Shown: positions 41,098 to 56,000 of the stretch, in pieces
Numbering within the stretch: the first letter of the stretch is position 1
Layout of the letters: the number at the start of each line of letters is the position of its first letter
Source of the DNA: Auanema rhodensis
Taxonomy: Eukaryota > Animalia > Nematoda
Reading direction: 5' to 3'
Length of the DNA stretch: 64,000 nt
Assembly: GCA_964057225.1 (NCBI GenBank)
Contig: OZ059896.1
Coordinates: forward strand, 12,834,001 to 12,898,000
Made by a program: the position numbers and the translations under genes
The notes under the pieces: generated by a model
Database searches by the model: none
What the model was told of the DNA's origin: nothing
What the model saw: the letters and a program-made list of their open reading frames with translations, nothing else

Positions 41098-44000
41098 CAT
41101 CTCTTTATCTTTAACGGGAAGCGAGTTACATACCATGTGCACATCACGTGTACAATTAATTAGCATAAATTAAAGTTCACGTAAATTTCAAAGTCATGGT
41201 TACCATGAACCAATATCGATTAAAATGTGTTCTCAGACTAATATGGACATGGGTAATCTAATTTTGAGAACCGCATTTCTTTATCTTTCACGGGAACCGA
41301 GTTACATACCATGTGCACATCACGTGTACAATTAATTCGCATAAATTAAAGTTCACGTAAATTTCAAAGTCATGGTTACCATGCACCAATATGAATAAAA
41401 ATTTGTTATTAGACTAAAATGGACATGGGTAATCTAATTTTAAGAACCGCATTCTTTTATCTTTCACGGGAAGCGAGTTACATACCATGTGCACATTACG
41501 TGTACAATTAATTAGCATAAATTAAAGTTCACGTAAATTTCAAAGTTATGATTACCATGAACCAATATCGATTAAAATTTGTTATTAGACTAATATGGAC
41601 ATGAGGAATCTAATTTTGAGAACCGCATTTCTTTATCTTTCACGGGAAGCGAGTTACATCCCATGTGCACATCACGTGTACAATTAATTAGCATAAATTA
41701 AAGTTCACGTAAACTTCAAAGTCCTGGTTACCATGCACCAATATCAATAAAAATTTGTTCTTAGATTAATATGAACATGGGTAATCTAATTTTGAAAACC
41801 GCATTTCTTTATCTTTCACGGGAAGCGAGTAACATACCATGTGCACATCACGTGTACAATTAATTAGCATAAATTAAAGTTCACGTTAATTTCAAAGTCA
41901 TGGTTACCATGTATCAATAAAAATTTGTTATTAGACTAATATAGACATGAGGAATCTAATTGTGAAAACCGCATCTCTTTATCTTTAACGGGAAGCGAGT
42001 TACATACCATGTGCACAACACGTGTACAATTAATTAGCATAAATTAAAGTTCACGTTAATTTCAAAGTCATGGTTACCATGCACCAATATCAATAAAAAT
42101 TTGTTCTAAGATTAATATGGACATGGGTAATCTAATTTTGAAAACTGCATTTCTTTATCTTTCACGGGAAGCGAGTTACATACCATGTGCACATCACGTG
42201 TACAATTAATTAGCATAAATTAAAGTTCACGTAAACTTCAAAGTCATGGTTACCATGCACCAATATCAATAAAATTTTGTTATTAGACTAATATGGACAT
42301 GGGTAATCTAATTTTGAAAACCGCATTTCTTTATCTTTCACGGGAAGCGAGTTACATACCATGTGCACATTACGTGTACATTCAATTAGCATAAATTAAA
42401 GTTCACGTAAATTTCAAAGTTATGATTACCATGAACCAATTTCGATTAAAATTTGTTATTAGACTAATATGGACATTAGGAATCTAATTTTGAGAACCGC
42501 ATTTTTTTATCTTTCACGGGAAGCGAGTTATATACCATGTGCACATCACGTGTACAATTAATTAGCATAAATTAAAGTTCACGTTAATTTCAAAGTCATA
42601 TTACCATGCACCAATATCAATAAAAATTTGTTCTCAGACTAATATGGACATGGGTAATCTAATTTTGAGAACCGCATTTCTTTATCTTTCACGGGAAGCG
42701 AGTTACATACCATGTGCACATCACGTGTACAATTAATTCGCATAAATTAAAGTTCACGTAAATTTCAAAGTCATGGTTACCATGCACCAATATGAATGAA
42801 AATTTGTTATTAGACTAAAATGGACATGGGTAATCTAATTTTGAGAACCGCATTCTTTTATCTTTCACGGGAAGCGAGTTACATACCATGTGCACATTAC
42901 GTGTACAATTAATTAGCATAAATTAAAGTTCACGTAAATTTCAAAGTTATGATTACCATGAACCAATATCGATTAAAATTTGTTATTAGACTAATATGGA
43001 CATGAGGAATCTAATTTTGAGAACCGCATTTTTTTATCTTTCACGGGAAGCGAGTTACATACCATGTGCACATTACGTGTACATTCAATTAGCATAAATT
43101 AAAGTTCACGTAAATTTCAAAGTTATGATTACCATGAACCAATTTCGATTAAAATTTGTTATTAGACTAATATGGACATTAGGAATCTAATTTTGAGAAC
43201 CGCATTTTTTTATCTTTCACGGGAAGCGAGTTATATACCATGTGCACATCACGTGTACAATTAATTAGCATAAATTAAAGTTCACGTTAATTTCAAAGTC
43301 ATGGTTACCATGTATCAATAAAAATTTGTTATTAGACTAATATAGACATGAGGAATCTAATTGTGAAAACCGCATCTCTTTATCTTTAACGGGAAGCGAG
43401 TTACATACCATGTGCACAACACGTGTACAATTAATTAGCATAAATTAAAGTTCACGTAAACTTCAAAGTCATGGTTACCATGCACCAATATCAATAAAAT
43501 TTTGTTATTAGACTAATATGGACATGGGTAATCTAATTTTGAAAACCGCATCTCTTTATCTTTAACGGGAAGCGAGTTACATACCATGTGCACATCACGT
43601 GTACAATTAATTAGCATAAATTAAAGTTCACGTTAATTTCAAAGTCATGGTTACCATGCACCAATATCAATAAAAATTTGTTCTAAGATTAATATGGACA
43701 TGGGTAATCTAATTTTGAAAACTGCATTTCTTTATCTTTCACGGGAAGCGAGTTACATACCATGTGCACATCACGTGTACAATTAATTAGCATAAATTAA
43801 AGTTCACGTAAACTTCAAAGTCATGGTTACCATGCACCAATATCAATAAAATTTTGTTATTAGACTAATATGGACATGGGTAATCTAATTTTGAAAACCG
43901 CATTTCTTTATCTTTCACGGGAAGCGAGTTATATACCATGTGCACATTACGTGTACATTCAATTAGCATAAATTAAAGTTCACGTAAATTTCAAAGTTAT

Positions 44001-47000
44001 GATTACCATGAACCAATTTCGATTAAAATTTGTTATTAGACTAATATCGACATTAGGAATCTAATTTTGAGAACCGCATTTTTTTATCTTTCACGGGAAG
44101 CGAGTTACATACCATGTGCACATTACGTGTACAATTAATTAGCAGAAATTAAAGTTCACGTAAATTTCAAAGTCATATTACCATGCACCAATATCAATAA
44201 AATTTTGTTATTAGACTAATATGGACATGGGTAATCTAATTTTGAAAACCGCATTTCTTTATCTTTCACGGGAAGCGAGTTACATACCATGTGCACATTA
44301 CGTGTACATTCAATTAGCATAAATTAAAGTTCACGTAAATTTCAAAGTTATGATTACCATGAACCAATTTCGATTAATATTTGTTATTAGACTAATATGG
44401 ACATGGGTAATCTAATTTTGAAAACTCTATTTCTTTATCTTTCACGGGAAGCGAGTTACATACCATGTGCACATCACGTGTACAATTAATTAGCATAAAT
44501 TAAAGTTCACGTTAATTTCAAAGTCATGGTTACCATGTATCAATAAAAATTTGTTATTAGACTAATATAGACATGAGGAATCTAATTTTGAAAACCGCAT
44601 CTCTTTATCTTTCACGGGAAGCGAGTTACATACCATGTGCACATTACGTGTACATTCAATTAGCATAAATTAAAGTTCACGTTAATTTCAAAGTCATGGT
44701 TACCATGTATCAATAAAAATTTGTTCTAAGATTAATATGGACATGGTTCATCTAATTTTGAAAACTCTATTTCTTTATCTTTCACGGGAAGCGAGTTACA
44801 TACCATGTGCACATCACGTGTACAATTAATTAGCATAAATTAAAGTTCACGTTAATTTCAAAGTCATGGTTACCATGTATCAATAAAAATTTGTTATTAG
44901 ACTAATATAGACATGAGGAATCTAATTTTGAAAACCGCATCTCTTTATCTTTCACGGGAAGCGAGTTACATACCATGTGCACATTACGTGTACATTCAAT
45001 TAGCATAAATTAAAGTTCACGTAAATTTCAAAGTTATGATTACCATGAACCAATTTCGATTAAAATTTGTTATTAGACTAATATGGACATTAGGAATCTA
45101 ATTTTGAGAACCGCATTTTTTTATCTTTCACGGGAAGCGAGTTATATACCATGTGCACATCACGTGTACAATTAATTAGCATAAATTAAAGTTCACGTTA
45201 ATTTCAAAGTCATATTACCATGCACCAATATCAATAAAAATTTGTTCTCAGACTAATATGGACATGGGTAATCTAATTTTGAGAACCGCATTTCTTTATC
45301 TTTCACGGGAAGCGAGTTACATACCATGTGCACATCACGTGTACAATTAATTCGCATAAATTAAAGTTCACGTAAATTTCAAAGTCATGGTTACCATGCA
45401 CCAATATCAATAAAATTTTGTTATTAGACTAATATGGACATGGGTAATCTAATTTTGAAAACCGCATTTCTTTATCTTTCACGGGAAGCGAGTTACATAC
45501 CATGTGCACATCACGTGTACAATTAATTAGCATAAATTAAAGTTCACGTAAACTTCAAAGTCATGGTTACCATGCACCAATATCAATAAAATTTTGTTAT
45601 TAGACTAATATGGACATGGGTAATCTAATTTTGAAAACCGCATTTCTTTATCTTTCACGGGAAGCGAGTTACATACCATGTGCACATTACGTGTACATTC
45701 AATTAGCATAAATTAAAGTTCACGTAAATTTCAAAGTTATGATTACCATGAACCAATTTCGATTAAAATTTGTTATTAGACTAATATGGACATTAGGAAT
45801 CTAATTTTGAGAACCGCATTTTTTTATCTTTCACGGGAAGCGAGTTACATACCATGTGCACATTACGTGTACACTTAATTAGCATAAATTAAAGTTCACG
45901 TAAACTTCAAAGTCATGGTTACCATGCACCAATATCAATAAAATTTTGTTATTAGACTAATATGGACATGGGTAATCTAATTTTGAAAACCGCATTTCTT
46001 TATCTTTCACGGGAAGCGAGTTATATACCATGTGCACATTACGTGTACATTCAATTAGCATAAATTAAAGTTCACGTAAATTTCAAAGTTATGATTACCA
46101 TGAACCAATTTCGATTAAAATTTGTTATTAGACTAATATCGACATTAGGAATCTAATTTTGAGAACCGCATTTTTTTATCTTTCACGGGAAGCGAGTTAC
46201 ATACCATGTGCACATTACGTGTACAATTAATTAGCAGAAATTAAAGTTCACGTAAATTTCAAAGTCATATTACCATGCACCAATATCAATAAAATTTTGT
46301 TATTAGACTAATATGGACATGGGTAATCTAATTTTGAAAACCGCATTTCTTTATCTTTCACGGGAAGCGAGTTACATACCATGTGCACATTACGTGTACA
46401 TTCAATTAGCATAAATTAAAGTTCACGTAAATTTCAAAGTTATGATTACCATGAACCAATTTCGATTAATATTTGTTATTAGACTAATATGGACATTAGG
46501 AATCTAATTTTGAGAACCGCATTTTTTTATCTTTCACGGGAAGCGAGTTACATACCATGTGCACATCACGTGTACAATTGATTAGCATAAATTAAAGTTC
46601 ACGTTAGTTTCAAAGTCATGGTTACCATGTATCAATAAAAATTTGTTATTAGACTAATATAGACATGAGGAATCTAATTTTGAAAACCGCATCTCTTTAT
46701 CTTTAACGGGAAGCGAGTTACATACCATGTGCACATCACGTGTACCATTAATTAGCATAAATTAAAGTTCACGTTAATTTCAAAGTCATGGTTACCATGC
46801 ACCAATATCAATAAAAATTTGTTCTAAGATTAATATGGACATGGTTCATCTAATTTTGAAAACTCTATTTCTTTATCTTTCACGGGAAGCGAGTTACATA
46901 CCATGTGCACATCACGTGTACAATTAATTAGCATAAATTAAAGTTCACGTTAATTTCAAAGTCATGGTTACCATGTATCAATAAAAATTTGTTATTAGAC

Positions 47001-50000
47001 TAATATAGACATGAGGAATCTAATTTTGAAAACCGCATCTCTTTATCTTTCACGGGAAGCGAGTTACATACCATGTGCACATTACGTGTACATTCAATTA
47101 GCATAAATTAAAGTTCACGTAAATTTCAAAGTTATGATTACCATGAACCAATTTCGATTAAAATTTGTTATTAGACTAATGTGGACATTAGGAATCTAAT
47201 TTTGAGAACCGCATTTTTTTATCTTTCACGGGAAGCGAGTTATATACCATGTGCACATCACGTGTACAATTAATTAGCATAAATTAAAGTTCACGTTAAT
47301 TTCAAAGTCATATTACCATGCACCAATATCAATAAAAATTTGTTCTCAGACTAATATGGACATGGGTAATCTAATTTTGAGAACCGCATTTCTTTATCTT
47401 TCACGGGAAGCGAGTTACATACCATGTGCACATCACGTGTACAATTAATTCGCATAAATTAAAGTTCACGTAAATTTCAAAGTCATGGTTACCATGCACC
47501 AATATGAATGAAAATTTGTTATTAGACTAAAATGGACATGGGTAATCTAATTTTGAGAACCGCATTCTTTTATCTTTCACGGGAAGCGAGTTACATACCA
47601 TGTGCACATTACGTGTACAATTAATTAGCATAAATTAAAGTTCACGTAAATTTCAAAGTTATGATTACCATGAACCAATATCGATTAAAATTTGTTATTA
47701 GACTAATATGGACATGAGGAATCTAATTTTGAGAACCGCATTTCTTTATCTTTCACGGGAAGCGAGTTACATCCCATGTGCACATCACGTGTACAATTAT
47801 TTAGCATAAATTAAAGTTCACGTAAACTTCAAAGTCCTGGTTACCATGCACCAATATCAATAAAAATTTGTTCTTAGATTAATATGAACATGGGTAATCT
47901 AATTTTGAAAACCGCATTGCTTTATCTTTCACGGGAAGCGAGTAACATACCATGTGCACATCACGTGTACAATTAATTAGCATAAATTAAAGTTCACGTT
48001 AATTTCAAAGTCATGGTTACCATGTATCAATAAAAATTTGTTATTAGACTAATATAGACATGAGGAATCTAATTTTGAAAACCGCATCTCTTTATCTTTA
48101 ACGGGAAGCGAGTTACATACCATGTGCACATCACGTGTACAATTAATTAGCATAAATTAAAGTTCACGTTAATTTCAAAGTCATGGTTACCATGCACCAA
48201 TATCAATAAAAATTTGTTCTAAGATTAATATGGACATGGGTAATCTAATTTTGAAAACTGCATTTCTTTATCTTTCACGGGAAGCGAGTTACATACCATG
48301 TGCACATCACGTGTACAATTAATTAGCATAAATTAAAGTTCACGTAAACTTCAAAGTCATGGTTACCATGCACCAATATCAATAAAATTTTGTTATTAGA
48401 CTAATATGGACATGGGTAATCTAATTTTGAAAACCGCATTTCTTTATCTTTCACGGGAAGCGAGTTATATATCATGTGCACATTACGTGTACATTCAATT
48501 AGCATAAATTAAAGTTCACGTAAATTTCAAAGTTATGATTACCATGAACCAATTTCGATTAAAATTTGTTATTAGACTAATATCGACATTAGGAATCTAA
48601 TTTTGAGAACCGCATTTTTTTATCTTTCACGGGAAGCGAGTTACATACCATGTGCACATTACGTGTACAATTAATTAGCATAAATTAAAGTTCACGTTAG
48701 TTTCAAAGTCATGGTTACCATGTATCAATAAAAATTTGTTATTAGACTAATATAGACATGAGGAATCTAATTTTGAAAACCGCATCTCTTTATCTTTAAC
48801 GGGAAGCGAGTTACATACCATGTGCACATCACGTGTACCATTAATTAGCATAAATTAAAGTTCACGTTAATTTCAAAGTCATGGTTACCATGAACCAATT
48901 TCGATTAAAATTTGTTATTAGACTAATGTGGACATTAGGAATCTAATTTTGAGAACCGCATTTTTTTATCTTTCACGGGAAGCGAGTTATATACCATGTG
49001 CACATCACGTGTACAATTAATTAGCATAAATTAAAGTTCACGTTAATTTCAAAGTCATATTACCATGCACCAATATCAATAAAAATTTGTTCTCAGACTA
49101 ATATGGACATGGGTAATCTAATTTTGAGAACCGCATTTCTTTATCTTTCACGGGAAGCGAGTTACATACCATGTGCACATCACGTGTACAATTAATTCGC
49201 ATAAATTAAAGTTCACGTAAATTTCAAAGTCATGGTTACCATGCACCAATATGAATGAAAATTTGTTATTAGACTAAAATGGACATGGGTAATCTAATTT
49301 TGAGAACCGCATTCTTTTATCTTTCACGGGAAGCGAGTTACATACCATGTGCACATTACGTGTACAATTAATTAGCATAAATTAAAGTTCACGTAAATTT
49401 CAAAGTTATGATTACCATGAACCAATATCGATTAAAATTTGTTATTAGACTAATATGGACATGAGGAATCTAATTTTGAGAACCGCATTTCTTTATCTTT
49501 CACGGGAAGCGAGTTACATCCCATGTGCACATCACGTGTACAATTATTTAGCATAAATTAAAGTTCACGTAAACTTCAAAGTCCTGGTTACCATGCACCA
49601 ATATCAATAAAAATTTGTTCTTAGATTAATATGAACATGGGTAATCTAATTTTGAAAACCGCATTGCTTTATCTTTCACGGAAAGCGAGTAACATACCAT
49701 GTGCACATCACGTGTACAATTAATTAGCATAAATTAAAGTTCACGTTAATTTCAAAGTCATGGTTACCATGTATCAATAAAAATTTGTTATTAGACTAAT
49801 ATAGACATGAGGAATCTAATTTTGAAAACCGCATCTCTTTATCTTTAACGGGAAGCGAGTTACATACCATGTGCACATCACGTGTACAATTAATTAGCAT
49901 AAATTAAAGTTCACGTTAATTTCAAAGTCATGGTTACCATGCACCAATATCAATAAAAATTTGTTCTAAGATTAATATGGACATGGGTAATCTAATTTTG

Positions 50001-53000
50001 AAAACTGCATTTCTTTATCTTTCACGGGAAGCGAGTTACATACCATGTGCACATCACGTGTACAATTAATTAGCATAAATTAAAGTTCACGTAAACTTCA
50101 AAGTCATGGTTACCATGCACCAATATCAATAAAATTTTGTTATTAGACTAATATGGACATGGGTAATCTAATTTTGAAAACCGCATTTCTTTATCTTTCA
50201 CGGGAAGCGAGTTATATATCATGTGCACATTACGTGTACATTCAATTAGCATAAATTAAAGTTCACGTAAATTTCAAAGTTATGATTACCATGAACCAAT
50301 TTCGATTAAAATTTGTTATTAGACTAATATCGACATTAGGAATCTAATTTTGAGAACCGCATTTTTTTATCTTTCACGGGAAGCGAGTTACATACCATGT
50401 GCACATTACGTGTACAATTAATTAGCATAAATTAAAGTTCACGTTAGTTTCAAAGTCATGGTTACCATGTATCAATAAAAATTTGTTATTAGACTAATAT
50501 AGACATGAGGAATCTAATTTTGAAAACCGCATCTCTTTATCTTTAACGGGAAGCGAGTTACATACCATGTGCACATCACGTGTACCATTAATTAGCATAA
50601 ATTAAAGTTCACGTTAATTTCAAAGTCATGGTTACCATGCACCAATATCAATAAAAATTTGTTCTAAGATTAATATGGACATGGTTCATCTAATTTTGAA
50701 AACTCTATTTCTTTATCTTTCACGGGAAGCGAGTTACATACCATGTGCACATCACGTGTACAATTAATTAGCATAAATTAAAGTTCACGTTAATTTCAAA
50801 GTCATGGTTACCATGTATCAATAAAAATTTGTTATTAGACTAATATAGACATGAGGAATCTAATTTTGAAAACCGCATCTCTTTATCTTTAACGGGAAGC
50901 GAGTTACATATAATGTGCACATCACGTGTACAATTAATTAGCATAAATTAAAAATCACGTAAACTTCAAAGTCATGGTTACCATGCACCAATATCAATAA
51001 AATTTTGTTATTAGACTAATATGGACATGGGTAATCTAATTTTGAAAACCGCATTTCTTTATCTTTCACGGGAAGCGAGTTACATACCATGTGCACATTA
51101 CGTGTACATTCAATTAGCATAAATTAAAGTTCACGTAAATTTCAAAGTTATGATTACCATGAACCAATTTCGATTAAAATTTGTTATTAGACTAATATGG
51201 ACATTAGGAATCTAATTTTGAGAACCGCATTTTTTTATCTTTCACGGGAAGCGAGTTACATACCATGTGCACATTACGTGTACACTTAATTAGCATAAAT
51301 TAAAGTTCACGTAAACTTCAAAGTCATGGTTACCATGCACCAATATCAATAAAATTTTGTTATTAGACTAATATGGACATGGGTAATCTAATTTTGAAAA
51401 CCGCATTTCTTTATCTTTCACGGGAAGCGAGTTACATACCATGTGCACATCACGTGTACAATTAATTAGCATAAATTAAAGTTCACGTAAATTTCAAAGT
51501 CATGGTTACCATGTATCAATATCAATAAAAATTTGTTCTAAGATTAATATGGACATGGTTCATCTAATTTTGAAAACTCTATTTCTTTATCTTTCACGGG
51601 AAGCGAGTTACATACCATGTGCACATCACGTGTACAATTAATTAGCATAAATTAAAGTTCACGTTAATTTCAAAGTCATGGTTACCATGTATCAATAAAA
51701 ATTTGTTATTAGACTAATATAGACATGAGGAATCTAATTTTGAGAACCGCATTTTTTTATCTTTCACGGGAAGCGAGTTACATACCATGTGCACATTACG
51801 TGTACATTCAATTAGCATAAATTAAAGTTCACGTAAATTTCAAAGTTATGATTACCATGAACCAATTTCGATTAAAATTTGTTATTAGACTAATATGGAC
51901 ATTAGGAATCTAATTTTGAGAACCGCATTTTTTTATCTTTCACGGGAAGCGAGTTACATACCATGTGCACATTACGTGTACACTTAATTAGCATAAATTA
52001 AAGTTCACGTAAACTTCAAAGTCATGGTTACCATGCACCAATATCAATAAAATTTTGTTATTAGACTAATATGGACATGGGTAATCTAATTTTGAAAACC
52101 GCATTTCTTTATCTTTCACGGGAAGCGAGTTACATACCATGTGCACATTACGTGTACATTCAATTAGCATAAATTAAAGTTCACGTAAATTTCAAAGTTA
52201 TGATTACCATGAACCAATTTCGATTAAAATTTGTTATTAGACTAATATGGACATTAGGAATCTAATTTTGAGAACCGCATTTTTTTATCTTTCACGGGAA
52301 GCGAGTTACATACCATGTGCACATTACGTGTACACTTAATTAGCATAAATTAAAGTTCACGTAAACTTCAAAGTCATGGTTACCATGCACCAATATCAAT
52401 AAAATTTTGTTATTAGACTAATATGGACATGGGTAATCTAATTTTGAAAACCGCATTTCTTTATCTTTCACGGGAAGCGAGTTATATACCATGTGCACAT
52501 TACGTGTACATTCAATTAGCATAAATTAAAGTTCACGTAAATTTCAAAGTTATGATTACCATGAACCAATTTCGATTAAAATTTGTTATTAGACTAATAT
52601 CGACATTAGGAATCTAATTTTGAGAACCGCATTTTTTTATCTTTCACGGGAAGCGAGTTACATACCATGTGCACATTACGTGTACAATTAATTAGCAGAA
52701 ATTAAAGTTCACGTAAATTTCAAAGTCATATTACCATGCACCAATATCAATAAAATTTTGTTATTAGACTAATATGGACATGGGTAATCAAATTTTGAAA
52801 ACCGCATTTCTTTATCTTTCACGGGAAGCGAGTTACATACCATGTGCACATTACGTGTACATTCAATTAGCATAAATTAAAGTTCACGTAAATTTCAAAG
52901 TTATGATTACCATGAACCAATTTCGATTAATATTTGTTATTAGACTAATATAGACATGAGGAATCTAATTTTGAGAACCGCATTTTTTTATCTTTCACGG

Positions 53001-56000
53001 GAAGCGAGTTACATACCATGTGCACATCACGTGTACAATTGATTAGCATAAATTAAAGTTCACGTTAGTTTCAAAGTCATGGTTACCATGTATCAATAAA
53101 AATTTGTTATTAGACTAATATAGACATGAGGAATCTAATTTTGAAAACCGCATCTCTTTATCTTTAACGGGAAGCGAGTTACATACCATGTGCACATCAC
53201 GTGTACCATTAATTAGCATAAATTAAAGTTCACGTTAATTTCAAAGTCATGGTTACCATGCACCAATATCAATAAAAATTTGTTCTAAGATTAATATGGA
53301 CATGGTTCATCTAATTTTGAAAACTCTATTTCTTTATCTTTCACGGGAAGCGAGTTACATACCATGTGCACATCACGTGTACAATTAATTAGCATAAATT
53401 AAAGTTCACGTTAATTTCAAAGTCATGGTTACCATGTATCAATAAAAATTTGTTATTAGACTAATATAGACATGAGGAATCTAATTTTGAAAACCGCATC
53501 TCTTTATCTTTAACGGGAAGCGAGTTACATATAATGTGCACATCACGTGTACAATTAATTAGCATAAATTAAAGTTCACGTAAAGTTCAAAGTCATGGTT
53601 ACCATGTATCAATAAAAATTTGTTATTAGACTAATATAGACATGAGGAATCTAATTTTGAAAACCGCATCTCTTTATCTTTAACGGGAAGCGAGTTACAT
53701 ATAATGTGCACATCACGTGTACAATTAATTAGCATAAATTAAAAATCACGTAAACTTCAAAGTCATGGTTACCATGCACCAATATCAATAAAATTTTGTT
53801 ATTAGACTAATATGGACATGGGTAATCTAATTTTGAAAACCGCATTTCTTTATCTTTCACGGGAAGCGAGTTACATACCATGTGCACATTACGTGTACAT
53901 TCAATTAGCATAAATTAAAGTTCACGTAAATTTCAAAGTTATGATTACCATGAACCAATTTCGATTAAAATTTGTTATTAGACTAATATGGACATTAGGA
54001 ATCTAATTTTGAGAACCGCATTTTTTTATCTTTCACGGGAAGCGAGTTACATACCATGTGCACATTACGTGTACACTTAATTAGCATAAATTAAAGTTCA
54101 CGTAAACTTCAAAGTCATGGTTACCATGCACCAATATCAATAAAATTTTGTTATTAGACTAATATGGACATGGGTAATCTAATTTTGAAAACCGCATTTC
54201 TTTATCTTTCACGGGAAGCGAGTTACATACCATGTGCACATCACGTGTACAATTAATTAGCATAAATTAAAGTTCACGTAAATTTCAAAGTCATGGTTAC
54301 CATGTATCAATATCAATAAAAATTTGTTCTAAGATTAATATGGACATGGTTCATCTAATTTTGAAAACTCTATTTCTTTATCTTTCACGGGAAGCGAGTT
54401 ACATACCATGTGCACATCACGTGTACAATTAATTAGCATAAATTAAAGTTCACGTTAATTTCAAAGTCATGGTTACCATGTATCAATAAAAATTTGTTAT
54501 TAGACTAATATAGACATGAGGAATCTAATTTTGAGAACCGCATTTTTTTATCTTTCACGGGAAGCGAGTTACATACCATGTGCACATTACGTGTACACTT
54601 AATTAGCATAAATTAAAGTTCACGTAAACTTCAAAGTCATGGTTACCATGCACCAATATCAATAAAATTTTGTTATTAGACTAATATGGACATGGTTCAT
54701 CTAATTTTGAAAACTCTATTTCTTTATCTTTCACGGGAAGCGAGTTACATACCATGTGCACATCACGTGTACCATTAATTAGCATAAATTAAAGTTCACG
54801 TTAATTTCAAAGTCATGGTTACCATGCACCAATATCAATAAAAATTTGTTCTAAGATTAATATGGACATGGTTCATCTAATTTTGAAAACTCTATTTCTT
54901 TATCTTTCACGGGAAGCGAGTTACATACCATGTGCACATCACGTGTACAATTAATTAGCATAAATTAAAGTTCACGTTAATTTCAAAGTCATGGTTACCA
55001 TGTATCAATAAAAATTTGTTATTAGACTAATATAGACATGAGGAATCTAATTTTGAAAACCGCATCTCTTTATCTTTAACGGGAAGCGAGTTACATATAA
55101 TATGCACATCACGTGTACATTCAATTAGCATAAATTAAAGTTCACGTAAATTTCAAAGTTATGATTACCATGAACCAATTTCGATTAAAATTTGTTATTA
55201 GACTAATATGGACATTAGGAATCTAATTTTGAGAACCGCATTTTTTTATCTTTCACGGGAAGCGAGTTACATACCATGTGCACATTACGTGTACACTTAA
55301 TTAGCATAAATTAAAGTTCACGTAAACTTCAAAGTCATGGTTACCATGCACCAATATCAATAAAATTTTGTTATTAGACTAATATGGACATGGGTAATCT
55401 AATTTTGAAAACCGCATTTCTTTATCTTTCACGGGAAGCGAGTTACATACCATGTGCACATTACGTGTACATTCAATTAGCATAAATTAAAGTTCACGTA
55501 AATTTCAAAGTTATGATTACCATGAACCAATTTCGATTAAAATTTGTTATTAGACTAATATGGACATTAGGAATCTAATTTTGAGAACCGCATTTTTTTA
55601 TCTTTCACGGGAAGCGAGTTACATACCATGTGCACATTACGTGTACACTTAATTAGCATAAATTAAAGTTCACGTAAACTTCAAAGTCATGGTTACCATG
55701 CACCAATATCAATAAAATTTTGTTATTAGACTAATATGGACATGGGTAATCTAATTTTGAAAACCGCATTTCTTTATCTTTCACGGGAAGCGAGTTATAT
55801 ACCATGTGCACATTACGTGTACATTCAATTAGCATAAATTAAAGTTCACGTAAATTTCAAAGTTATGATTACCATGAACCAATTTCGATTAAAATTTGTT
55901 ATTAGACTAATATCGACATTAGGAATCTAATTTTGAGAACCGCATTTTTTTATCTTTCACGGGAAGCGAGTTACATACCATGTGCACATTACGTGTACAA

